This document shows positions 9,031 through 17,214 of a stretch of 64,000 bases of DNA, piece after piece (position 1 is the stretch's first letter; every line of letters begins with the position of its first letter). The notes under the pieces were generated by a model. That model searched no databases, was not told where the DNA came from, and saw only the letters and a list, made by a program, of their open reading frames with translations. Origin of the DNA: Candidatus Staskawiczbacteria bacterium (lineage in GTDB: Bacteria; Patescibacteriota; Minisyncoccia; Minisyncoccales; Staskawiczbacteraceae); the NCBI GenBank assembly GCA_963756225.1, contig CAVWMZ010000003.1, positions 275,988-339,987 of the forward strand, in the 5' to 3' direction. The position numbers and the translations under genes are program-made.

Positions 9031-10089
9031 ATGCCAACTGAAGACGAAGAAATACAAGCTAAAGAATTTCTAAAACGCGCCGAAATTAGAACAATGAAAA
9101 AGGACCTTCTGGCCCTTAGAGAGGTTGATGCCCTAAAAGAGAGAGACAAAATTGTTAAATTAAAAACACTAGAAGAACAATTAGAAGAAAAAAAGAAAGC
9201 CGACGAATCGGCCGTCGGACAAGCCGAGGCAGAAAAGGCCGGGAGAGAAGAGGTTTTATCAAAAAATGAAGGGCAGGAAACGATAGCTGAAAAAGATTTA
9301 AAAAAATATGCCAACGAGCAGGAGCGCCAGCAAATATTTTTATTTGAGTCTCAGCGTCTTGGTTTTGAAAAACAGGTTGATGCAATTGATAAAGAGAAGG
9401 ATCCCGCATTAAAACTAGAAAAAAACAAACTACTATTACAGAAACGTGATTTGCAAATAAAATTAAACTCTGTCTTAACAGATGAGAAGAAACTTGAAGA
9501 TGAACAAAAATTTATTGTTGATAAAGAAAAAACAACCACTATTCCCACCCAAAGAAAAGGCCTAGAACAATCAAGGTGGGATTTAGAAGAAAAAATAAAA
9601 GAGATAGAGAAAAAAAGATGGGCGGCAGAAAAGGCAATACAAGACTTAGATGATAGGGCGTCCCAAATAGATAAATCATCCGAGGGACTTGTAGTAGAAA
9701 AAAATATACTACGAGATAAAATTTTAGGCGCAGATAAATCATTACGAGAAATTTATTCGATTATCGTTAATAGAGAAGAAGAAAAGAGGAAGGGTTTGGC
9801 CGCAGAACAATTAGCCAAAAAAGCAACTGTGGCGAAAATAAGAGAAACAGAAAAAGAAAAAGTTCAAAGAGAACAATGGTCTCCGATAACTATCGCAAGG
9901 AAACAAGCGACCACCTTCAGTGGAGGAAATATAAATAATGTTCCAAAACCCGCAAGAGACAAATTTTTAACATCTTCTGGCAAAGAAGAGGAGGATAGAA
10001 AAAAATTCTTACGCGATGTAGAAAATTGGGACCAGAAAAAAGAAGGCCCACTCGTTAAAGAAGTGCCCGTGCCACCTAAAAAAATATAA
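9031..10089 (+). CDS. Lys/Glu-rich coiled-coil hypothetical protein
   Basis: 352-aa ORF with highly charged, heptad-like composition. The antisense ORFs in the track are composition artefacts. Confidence 0.5.
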   Translation: MPTEDEEIQAKEFLKRAEIRTMKKDLLALREVDALKERDKIVKLKTLEEQLEEKKKADESAVGQAEAEKAGREEVLSKNEGQETIAEKDLKKYANEQERQQIFLFESQRLGFEKQVDAIDKEKDPALKLEKNKLLLQKRDLQIKLNSVLTDEKKLEDEQKFIVDKEKTTTIPTQRKGLEQSRWDLEEKIKEIEKKRWAAEKAIQDLDDRASQIDKSSEGLVVEKNILRDKILGADKSLREIYSIIVNREEEKRKGLAAEQLAKKATVAKIRETEKEKVQREQWSPITIARKQATTFSGGNINNVPKPARDKFLTSSGKEEEDRKKFLRDVENWDQKKEGPLVKEVPVPPKKI

Positions 10090-10099
10090 CAAAAAACAT

Positions 10100-10460
10100 A
10101 TGGATAAAAAAATAATCGACAAGTTAAAAGTAAAATTAGAAGAAGAAAAAAAATCAATTCAAGAAGAATTGAGAAGTTTTGCGACTGAAGATCCAAATTT
10201 AAAGCACAATTGGGATACAAAATATCCCAACAGAGAAGATGATGACAAAGACGAGGCAGCAGACGACCTCCAAGAATACGACAACAAGCTTGTCTTTGGA
10301 ATATAGTTTTGAATTAAAACTTAAAGATATAAATATGGCTTTAGAGAAGATAGAAAAAGGAACGTATGGAATCTGTGAAAAATGCGGTAAAAAAATTGAT
10401 GAAGAAAGGCTAGTTGCCTGCCCCGAAGCAAAGACTTGTCTAAAATGCAACTCTAAATAA
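10100..10460 (+). CDS. DksA/TraR-type C4 zinc-finger protein, apparent frameshift near 10285-10300
   Basis: The N-terminal part (10100-10306) and the C-terminal part (frame of 10239-10460) together give …LQEYDNKL/SLEYSFELKLKDINMALEKIEKGTYGICEKCGKKIDEERLVACPEAKTCLKC. This is the DksA/TraR C-terminal zinc ribbon. Confidence 0.6.
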
Positions 10461-10485
10461 TAACCTACTTATTAATATTTTTTTA

Positions 10486-10515
10486 AAAACCGGACCTAGT
10501 TTCGGTTTTTTATTT
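10486..10515 (+). terminator. Rho-independent terminator after the DksA-like gene
   Basis: AAAACCG-loop-CGGTTTT followed by a T-run. Confidence 0.5.
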
Positions 10516-10520
10516 TTCTA

Positions 10521-10549
10521 TTGACAATAATAAAGCGATATTGTAATTT
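10521..10549 (+). promoter_or_regulatory. Sigma70-like promoter in front of the high-GC islet
   Basis: TTGACA (10521-10526), a 17-nt spacer, then TAATTT (10544-10549). Confidence 0.4.
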
Positions 10550-10613
10550 ATAGTATCGCCTGCTATTTAACAATTTCGTGAACCAACAGCCAACAGAAAG
10601 CGAGGATAAGACT

Positions 10614-10910
10614 ATGGAAACGACAGAAAGAAAGATTGCAGCCGCCGGAAATATCCCGAATAAGCCTTGCGTATATCTGTTCAGCGAACCAGACAAAGAA
10701 ATCCTCCGAGGAGACGGCACGGGACTCGTGCGTAGCGGGACCTTGCGACTTCTTTTGGAGAAAAATTTTGGAAAGGACGTGTTAGATGGCGGAAACCGGT
10801 TCAGCGAACCAGACAAAGAAATCCTCCGAGGAGACGGCACGGGACTCGTGCGTAGCGGGACCTTGCGACTTCTTTTGGAGAAAAATTTTGGAAAGGACGT
10901 GTTAAAATGA
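10614..10910 (+). CDS. Hypothetical protein containing an exact tandem 40-aa repeat
   Basis: ATG at 10614 is preceded by GAGGA. The product contains FSEPDKEILRGDGTGLVRSGTLRLLLEKNFGKDVL twice. The strand choice is uncertain because an antisense ORF (10496-10840) also exists. Confidence 0.4.
   Translation: METTERKIAAAGNIPNKPCVYLFSEPDKEILRGDGTGLVRSGTLRLLLEKNFGKDVLDGGNRFSEPDKEILRGDGTGLVRSGTLRLLLEKNFGKDVLK
10679..10904 (+). repeat. Perfect 106-bp direct repeat, two copies, 120-bp period
   Basis: 10679-10784 and 10799-10904 are identical base for base by visual alignment of lines 10681-10784 and 10801-10904. Confidence 0.9.
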
Positions 10911-11006
10911 ACACAAAACTAATAAGACAGTTTTACGTAGACGTTATCTGTCCCATACCCGTAATTCCATTTATTTTTCTCAACTTCTTTTTACCCCCGC
11001 AAATTT

Positions 11007-11333
11007 ATGCGCACAGAAACGACAATGCCCCAAGAGCATCTTGATAAAAAGGTCAACGAATTCGGTGCATATCTTGATGCCGAGCTGGCGGTACTAGATG
11101 CTGCAAAAAACTATCAGACCGCCCATCGACTCATCAACGAGTTACAAACGAGGGCAACGCGATTCATAGATGCGGAAATGCTCTCGCTCGATGGGCAAAG
11201 AGAGGACTACCTCAAGAGTATAGTATCTGTCGTACAGCGAGCGGATGAATATTCCGCGCGAGATGACTCCCTGCCACAGGAAATTGGTGCGAGATTACAA
11301 GGCCTATCAAGGCACATTCTCACATTAATGTAG
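11007..11333 (+). CDS. Hypothetical protein (high-GC islet)
   Basis: 108-aa ORF with much higher G+C than its surroundings. No family recognised. Confidence 0.4.
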   Translation: MRTETTMPQEHLDKKVNEFGAYLDAELAVLDAAKNYQTAHRLINELQTRATRFIDAEMLSLDGQREDYLKSIVSVVQRADEYSARDDSLPQEIGARLQGLSRHILTLM

Positions 11334-11417
11334 GGATTTACGTTCGGGCCCGTGATACGTCGTGGGCCTTTTTTATTTACAAAAAAATTTGGTATAATAA
11401 ATAAAATAAAGTATTAT

Positions 11418-12947
11418 ATGCCTTCAAAAGTTTTCTCTGGAGCTATAAATGGATTGGACGCGCAATTAGTAGAGGTGGAAATAGATGTATCGCAAGGATT
11501 GCGCTCATTTTCTATTGTAGGTTTGCCCGATAAGGCGGTAAAAGAATCAGAAGAGAGGGTTGATTCGGCAATAAAAAGCACAAAATTATTATCACCTCAT
11601 AGCAGAACTTTTAAAGTTTTAGTAAATCTAGCCCCAGCTGACTTAAAAAAAGAAGGCTCTATTTATGATCTGCCAATTGCTTTGGCTTTTTTAATTGCAT
11701 CAAAACAAACTATTTTTAATGTTTCTGATAAAATATTTATAGGCGAACTTTCTTTAGATGGGAAATTGCGCCCGATAAAAGGCGCGCTATCTTTTGCTCT
11801 AATGGCAAAAAAGCTAGGCGTTAAAGAAATTATTTTGCCAAAACAAAATGCAAAAGAGGCCAGCCTAATAAAAGAGGTAAAGGTTGTAGGCATAAATTCG
11901 CTATCAGAAGCTTTGGCTTATTTAGAACACAGAATACAAATTCAGGGAACAGAATTTAGAGAAGATACTATTTTAAACTCCTCCAATCAGGCATCAGAAC
12001 AGATTGATATCAGTTGGGTGAAAGGGCAAGAATATGCAAAAAGAGCACTCGAGATTACAGCTGCTGGCAGCCATAATCTTTTTATGTTTGGACCTCCTGG
12101 CGGAGGAAAAAGCCTGTTAGCGAAAGCGTTGCCTTCTATCCTGCCAAAACTAAATTTTGCAGAATCTTTAGAGGTTACAAAAATTTACAGTATCGCTGGT
12201 CTTCTGCCAGAAAATACGGCTATTATAAATTTTAGACCATTTCGTTCTCCCCACCACATTTCTTCTGAAGTTGCTCTAATCGGTGGAGGAAGTCCGCCAA
12301 GACCCGGAGAAATAACATTAGCCCATCGTGGAGTTCTATTTTTAGATGAGTTCCCAGAATTTCATAGAGATGTTTTAGAATCTTTGCGTCAGCCGATTGA
12401 AGAGGGGAAAATAACTGTCTCGAGGGCAAAAAATACTTTTACCTTTCCTTCACGATTTATGCTTATAGCAGCGTCAAACCCATGTCCTTGCGGATATTTT
12501 AACGATCCAGAAAAAAACTGCACCTGCTCACCTTCTCAGGTTTCGATGTATAGAAGAAAAATGTCAGGACCCTTAATGGACAGAATTGATTTATTTATTG
12601 AAGTACCAGCAGTAAAATATGAAAAGCTAACTTCCGACTCTGTTGAAAACCAAAGTCAAAACGTTAGGGGAAAAATTGAAAAAGCCCGAGAAAAGCAAAA
12701 GGCCAGATTTATCAACGGCAATATTTTAACAAACTCTGAAATGAACATTCCTGAAATAAAAAAATACTGCGAACACGATGATAAATCACAAAACCTTTTG
12801 AAGAAATACGTTGACTCAGGGAAATTATCAGCCAGAGGATATCACAGAATTTTAAAAGTAGCCCGAACAATTGCCGACCTAGCCGATTCTGACAAAATTC
12901 AATATGAACATATTGCCGAAGCGCTGATGTATCGGGTTAGGGAGTAA
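11418..12947 (+). CDS. comM: YifB/ComM family Mg-chelatase-like AAA ATPase
   Basis: N-terminal Lon-like domain (VEVEIDVSQGLRSFSIVGLPDKAVKESEERV), Walker A GPPGGGKS, and VLFLDEFPEF…MDRIDL…, typical of the family. A TGGTATAAT extended -10 lies at 11390-11398. Confidence 0.85.
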   Translation: MPSKVFSGAINGLDAQLVEVEIDVSQGLRSFSIVGLPDKAVKESEERVDSAIKSTKLLSPHSRTFKVLVNLAPADLKKEGSIYDLPIALAFLIASKQTIFNVSDKIFIGELSLDGKLRPIKGALSFALMAKKLGVKEIILPKQNAKEASLIKEVKVVGINSLSEALAYLEHRIQIQGTEFREDTILNSSNQASEQIDISWVKGQEYAKRALEITAAGSHNLFMFGPPGGGKSLLAKALPSILPKLNFAESLEVTKIYSIAGLLPENTAIINFRPFRSPHHISSEVALIGGGSPPRPGEITLAHRGVLFLDEFPEFHRDVLESLRQPIEEGKITVSRAKNTFTFPSRFMLIAASNPCPCGYFNDPEKNCTCSPSQVSMYRRKMSGPLMDRIDLFIEVPAVKYEKLTSDSVENQSQNVRGKIEKAREKQKARFINGNILTNSEMNIPEIKKYCEHDDKSQNLLKKYVDSGKLSARGYHRILKVARTIADLADSDKIQYEHIAEALMYRVRE

Positions 12948-12961
12948 AAAAATAAATAATA

Positions 12962-12996
12962 AAAAACAGCCCGAATTTTATCGAGGCTGTTTTTTA
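12962..12996. terminator. Bidirectional terminator between convergent comM and the M23 peptidase gene
   Basis: AACAGCC-loop-GGCTGTT flanked by an A-run and a T-run. Confidence 0.6.
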
Positions 12997-13002
12997 TTTA
13001 TA

Positions 13003-14142
13003 TTAATAACTTATTTTTGTTCCTACGGGGAATCTTGCTAAAGGATTTACAGCTCCTATAACTTCGAAGTGAACATGGCATCCGGTTGCATCTCCAGTTC
13101 TGCCCATCAATCCTATAGTGTCTCCAACAGTAACTTTGTCTCCAGGTTTTACATAAACATACTCAAAGTGACCATAATAGGTGACGGTGCCATTTCCATG
13201 CAAAATTGTAACATAGTTTCCTTTGCCCAAATTCCAAGCATTATTAAATACGGCTCTTTGAACCACGCCGGAAGCTGCAGCATGAACTGGCGTGCCGCAT
13301 TTATTGGCAAGGTCAATGGCATTATAATAATGAAGCCCCTGGGTGATATCTCCTTCTGCCGGGTAAATAAAATAATTATTAGCTAAAGGAATTTGGTTAT
13401 TACTTATTGGCGCTGGTGCAGCATTTTTTGGCATTACTCCTCCAGGCACTATTAAAATATCGCCAATATAAATATCGTCTTGGTTTGCTAAATCATTAAA
13501 AGAAATTACGTCTTCTGCTTGCGCCTTATATTTTGCAGCAATGGCCGACATGGTGTCTCCAGATTTTACAAGATGCAAAACGCCATCTACCGGCAAGATC
13601 GTTAAACTCTGGCCGGCTTTTACCGCAGAAGAACTTGTTAGCTGGTTTGCCCAGGCTATGGTGTTAACGGATATATTATAAGAATCTGCAATTGATTTCA
13701 ATGTATCTCCAGGCTGAACAATATAGTTAGTTATATCTTTTTGGGTCTGGTTGGTTCCGCCAAACACGTCTCCCAAGGTTTTAGCAGATATAGCGCATGG
13801 CGTTGATACTGCACAAAGCGTATTGTCCTGCATTGTTTTTAATTCTGGAGTTTCTAATTGAATCGCATTTGCTTGGCTAAAAAATAAACTGTCTCCACTA
13901 GGAGCACCAGACTTATCAAAAAAAGAATTAAAAAATACGATATGACTTGAAGCTAGGCCACCCATATTAGCCGGGCTGTCGCAAGACGCATACATTCCCC
14001 AAAACAAGATGACAGAAACTAACCCGAAAAAAAATAGGGGTTTTTTAAATAACCTCTTAAAATTAGCCCCCTTTGTTGCATTTTTAGCAGAGAGCCAAGC
14101 CATTTTTATCCCTATTAAAATTCTGTTAAATATTTTTAACAA
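13003..14142 (-). CDS. LysM-domain M23 family metallopeptidase
   Basis: Two LysM repeats (YIVQPGDTLKSIADSYNISVNTIAWAN; HLVKSGDTMSAIAAKYKAQAEDVISFN). The M23 motifs are HYYNAIDLA…GNYVTILHGNGTVTYYGHF…GRTGDATGCHVHFEV. Confidence 0.85.
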   Translation of the reverse strand: MLKIFNRILIGIKMAWLSAKNATKGANFKRLFKKPLFFFGLVSVILFWGMYASCDSPANMGGLASSHIVFFNSFFDKSGAPSGDSLFFSQANAIQLETPELKTMQDNTLCAVSTPCAISAKTLGDVFGGTNQTQKDITNYIVQPGDTLKSIADSYNISVNTIAWANQLTSSSAVKAGQSLTILPVDGVLHLVKSGDTMSAIAAKYKAQAEDVISFNDLANQDDIYIGDILIVPGGVMPKNAAPAPISNNQIPLANNYFIYPAEGDITQGLHYYNAIDLANKCGTPVHAAASGVVQRAVFNNAWNLGKGNYVTILHGNGTVTYYGHFEYVYVKPGDKVTVGDTIGLMGRTGDATGCHVHFEVIGAVNPLARFPVGTKISY

Positions 14143-14207
14143 TGTAAGTCAAATTTACCATTTTAAAGACTGCCCGTCAAGCAGTTATTCACAATTAATT
14201 TTATATT

Positions 14208-14235
14208 AAAAAAAGACGCTTTTTTGAAAAGCGCC
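14208..14235 (-). terminator. Rho-independent terminator of the high-GC two-gene islet
   Basis: The minus strand reads GCGCTTTTcaaAAAAGCGTC followed by TTTTTTT. Confidence 0.6.
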
Positions 14236-14258
14236 CTAACTTAGCTCAAAATTTCTGC

Positions 14259-15008
14259 CTATTTCCTAGTAAAGGACATCTTGGGAAGCGGCATAGAAAA
14301 AACCTGATTTTGTTGCGGCTCCACAATAGGCGCGGTTGATTCCAGGAATCTATTCTGCGAGACGGTGCGAGGCACAACTACATTAGGCGATGCTACTATG
14401 GGCGCTTCCTTGCGTTGCACCGCGATAAGCGCAAGCGCTGATTTTTTTAGCCCAACAAACTGAGCTCCATTCCACACCGATCCATTGTCTAACGACACCC
14501 AAGTGTCCGGTATCTTTTTGTCTCTAACGCAATATTTCATCGTAACGCGCCAAAGCGGGTTTGCGCTGTCTCTGTTTTGTATTTTAATTGCCACTATAAG
14601 GATGCCATCATATTCTTTGACGCTGTCAAAGGTCCACGGAGAGAATGACTCTGTTTCTCCCAGCCATTTCAAGTGAGCCGGAATTCCAAACACCCGATCC
14701 AAGGGATCCATAATGCAATAATTATATCTTTCACCAAATTCATCCCCCGAGTCGGAATAATTAAAATTCTCGATAACCGGATCTCCGGTAATGATAATCT
14801 GAAATGGCAAATTTGGATCTGCGTGCCTGTAACAACCACAACCAAACCAATGGGAAAAATAAACTCCGCTAAACGCGGCACCATTGGACAAAAATTTCCG
14901 CACACCTTGCATAATATCGTCTCTATAGGTGACAAGCTTGTCTTCCTGTTTCTGTTTTTCCAATTCTACGGCATGCTGTTCAACCTTCCTCTGCCAGCTG
15001 AACTGCAC
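14259..15008 (-). CDS. Hypothetical protein (high-GC islet)
   Basis: 249-aa ORF with a GTG start that overlaps the upstream lipoprotein gene by 29 nt. No family recognised. Confidence 0.45.
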   Translation of the reverse strand: MQFSWQRKVEQHAVELEKQKQEDKLVTYRDDIMQGVRKFLSNGAAFSGVYFSHWFGCGCYRHADPNLPFQIIITGDPVIENFNYSDSGDEFGERYNYCIMDPLDRVFGIPAHLKWLGETESFSPWTFDSVKEYDGILIVAIKIQNRDSANPLWRVTMKYCVRDKKIPDTWVSLDNGSVWNGAQFVGLKKSALALIAVQRKEAPIVASPNVVVPRTVSQNRFLESTAPIVEPQQNQVFSMPLPKMSFTRK

Positions 15009-15444
15009 GTTGCCGAGCCTGTTCCGCTTCTTGAGCGGCGTGTTCTTTGTCGCGATATTCTTTCAACCGCTCGGGCAATAGATATACCTCCTTCGTATCA
15101 GACTGGCGTATGCCTTCTGGCAAAATATCGTAATAAGACACCGAGGTCTCCATGCCCCTCCTAACAATTCTCAGCCTATTATCATCCCTCGTATATTCCT
15201 CAAGGCGGATTTCGGAGTTCATCTTGAACTCACATTCAGTTTCTGATATCAATGTTATAGTAAATCCATATTTTGGGTTGGTAAAAACGACTTTCTGAAA
15301 AACGTTCTTTTTCTCGGGAATAGCCTGGAGGGCATTCTCTTTCTCTGAAATAGGGGGCACTGATCCGCTCCGACTACAAGAAACAAAAAAACAAACCGCG
15401 GCACCAAACATCAACAAGCATGCTTTTCTGCAATATCTCTTCAT
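14980..15444 (-). CDS. Putative lipoprotein (high-GC islet)
   Basis: MKRYCRKACLLMFGAAVCFFVSCSRSG is a signal peptide with a lipobox-like FVSC. The start is taken as the internal ATG at 15444. Confidence 0.5.
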   Translation of the reverse strand: MKRYCRKACLLMFGAAVCFFVSCSRSGSVPPISEKENALQAIPEKKNVFQKVVFTNPKYGFTITLISETECEFKMNSEIRLEEYTRDDNRLRIVRRGMETSVSYYDILPEGIRQSDTKEVYLLPERLKEYRDKEHAAQEAEQARQRAVQLAEEG

Positions 15445-15686
15445 GTCTTGCTCCTTTCTTAGAAACAAATTTTCAATGCTGAAAATGGCCTGCTAGCTGC
15501 ATGCCACATTATTCCCAGCGAACTAATTTAATTGTGCTACTCCGACACCATAATGTCAAGTCTTCGCCCCACAAATTTGAGTTTTTAATTAAAATTTAAT
15601 GTAATCGAAGCTCTACTATAAAAAATTTACCGCTGGGTAAAGACTTGAACTTATTACCAAATTTTAAACTATGCTATAATATTCTA

Positions 15687-16514
15687 ATGGATTTAACTTC
15701 TCCAACTACAATAAAAAATATTTCTTCGAAATATGACACCAAACCATCAAAAGGATTGGGACAAAATTTTTTAATAGACAAAAATGTTTTGAGAAAAATA
15801 ATTGAGGCTTCGGATATAAAATCAAGCGACACTATTTTAGAAGTGGGGCCGGGCATTGGGACTTTAACTCAAGAATTGGCAGAAAAAGCAGAACGCATTA
15901 TCGCGGTTGAAAAAAGTAAAACAATGATTGAGATATTAAAAGAAACTGTAAAAGATTATAAAAATATAGAAGTTATTGATGAAGATATATTAAAATTTGA
16001 ATCGGAAATTACAAACTACAAATTAATTGCGAACATCCCTTATTATTTAACATCTCCTTTAATCAGAAAGTTTTTAGAGACAAACAATCCTCCAGAATTT
16101 ATGGTTTTAATGCTCCAGAAAGAAGTGGCACAAAGAATATGCGCCAAGCCGTCGGACATGAGCTTATTGGCAGTATCTGTGCAATTTTATGCAGAAGCTA
16201 AAATTATAAGCTACGTCTCAAAAAATTGTTTTTGGCCAGCGCCAAAAATTGATTCTGCAATAATAAAAATTACGCCGCTAATTGATAAAAATAAAAAACA
16301 AATTGACATAGATTTATTTTTTAAAGTTGTGAAAGCCGGATTTTCGCAACCCAGAAAACAACTAGGCAATAATTTATCAAAAATATTAAAAATTGAAAGA
16401 AAAAAAATTGACGAATGGCTATTAAAAAATAACCTGAAGTCAAACCAGCGGGCCGAAACACTATCAACTGAAGATTGGAAAAAATTGTCAGAAAATTTTC
16501 CCTTTTTGGCATAA
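15687..16514 (+). CDS. rsmA: 16S rRNA (adenine1518/1519-N6)-dimethyltransferase
   Basis: …KPSKGLGQNFLIDKNVLRKII…ILEVGPGIGTLTQEL…IANIPYYLTSP… are KsgA/RsmA motifs. ATG 15687 lies 6 nt after a TGCTATAAT extended -10 (15672-15680). Confidence 0.9.
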   Translation: MDLTSPTTIKNISSKYDTKPSKGLGQNFLIDKNVLRKIIEASDIKSSDTILEVGPGIGTLTQELAEKAERIIAVEKSKTMIEILKETVKDYKNIEVIDEDILKFESEITNYKLIANIPYYLTSPLIRKFLETNNPPEFMVLMLQKEVAQRICAKPSDMSLLAVSVQFYAEAKIISYVSKNCFWPAPKIDSAIIKITPLIDKNKKQIDIDLFFKVVKAGFSQPRKQLGNNLSKILKIERKKIDEWLLKNNLKSNQRAETLSTEDWKKLSENFPFLA

Positions 16515-16657
16515 TTTTAATTTCTTTAAAACGCTTGACAATATACTTACCAATATATCATAATAAATATAGCCGTTAGAAATAATCTGGCAAAGCAACG
16601 GGTAGCCTATCTCTAACATTGAAAATTTAGATCCATAAATCCAGAAAGGAACAAAAA

Positions 16658-16948
16658 ATGAGCACTATATCGTCGCCGCATTTGTCTGAAATAGAAAGAA
16701 AGTCTTTGATTGCCGAAGAGATGGACAAGAAACGCGTCAGCAACAAAACGATCGCTATTGTGGTTATATCGTTGACTGTTCTAGTTATTTTTATTTTTGC
16801 CTTTGTTATACCGATAATTGAGAAACAGGCTGTTGAAGATGCCAATAAGGCAAAAGCACAAGAAGTAAACCAACTGTTAAATTCTTCGCAAGAAGGAGTC
16901 AACCAATTCATAAATCACAAAGCTACCTACAACCCACACAACAAATAA
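16658..16948 (+). CDS. Small membrane hypothetical protein
   Basis: 96-aa ORF with one TM helix. A TTGACA-N17-TCATAA promoter-like sequence lies at 16535-16563. Confidence 0.4.
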   Translation: MSTISSPHLSEIERKSLIAEEMDKKRVSNKTIAIVVISLTVLVIFIFAFVIPIIEKQAVEDANKAKAQEVNQLLNSSQEGVNQFINHKATYNPHNK

Positions 16949-17025
16949 TAAACACTATCGCTTAAGGCTAGGCAAAATGCTCTCAAATAATTTCTTGAGG
17001 GCTCTTTTTTTACAAAAAAAATTTT

Positions 17026-17214
17026 ATGGGTGTTAATAACTTGACTAGCTTGAAATTTTTAAATGGTGTAAAATCAAGTAATTCAAAAGAACAAATCGTT
17101 GAATGGCTTTCAAAAAATAACTTAAATTCAAATCAACGGGCAGAAACCCTTAGTGTTTCTGATTGGATAAATTTAACAAAAAGCTTCTCAACTTTTAAAA
17201 AAATAAAAAAATGA
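17026..17214 (+). pseudogene. Relic of the 3' end of an rsmA gene
   Basis: …KEQIVEWLSKNNLNSNQRAETLSVSDWINLTKSF aligns with the C-terminus of the intact RsmA (…KKIDEWLLKNNLKSNQRAETLSTEDWKKLSENF). The nucleotide sequence is diverged, so this is not a recent local duplication. Confidence 0.6.

Noticed and set aside
9155-9742. Several minus-strand ORFs (9155-9409, 9351-9548, 9539-9742) and 8976-9314.
   Set aside because: These are antisense artefacts of the AAG/GAA-rich coiled-coil gene, which gives Phe/Leu/Ser-rich low-complexity translations.
10679-10904. The direct repeat might be a CRISPR array.
   Set aside because: There are only two copies. The units are 106 bp long with a 14-bp gap rather than 25-40-bp repeats with unique spacers. 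The period is a multiple of three inside an ORF, and there are no cas genes nearby.
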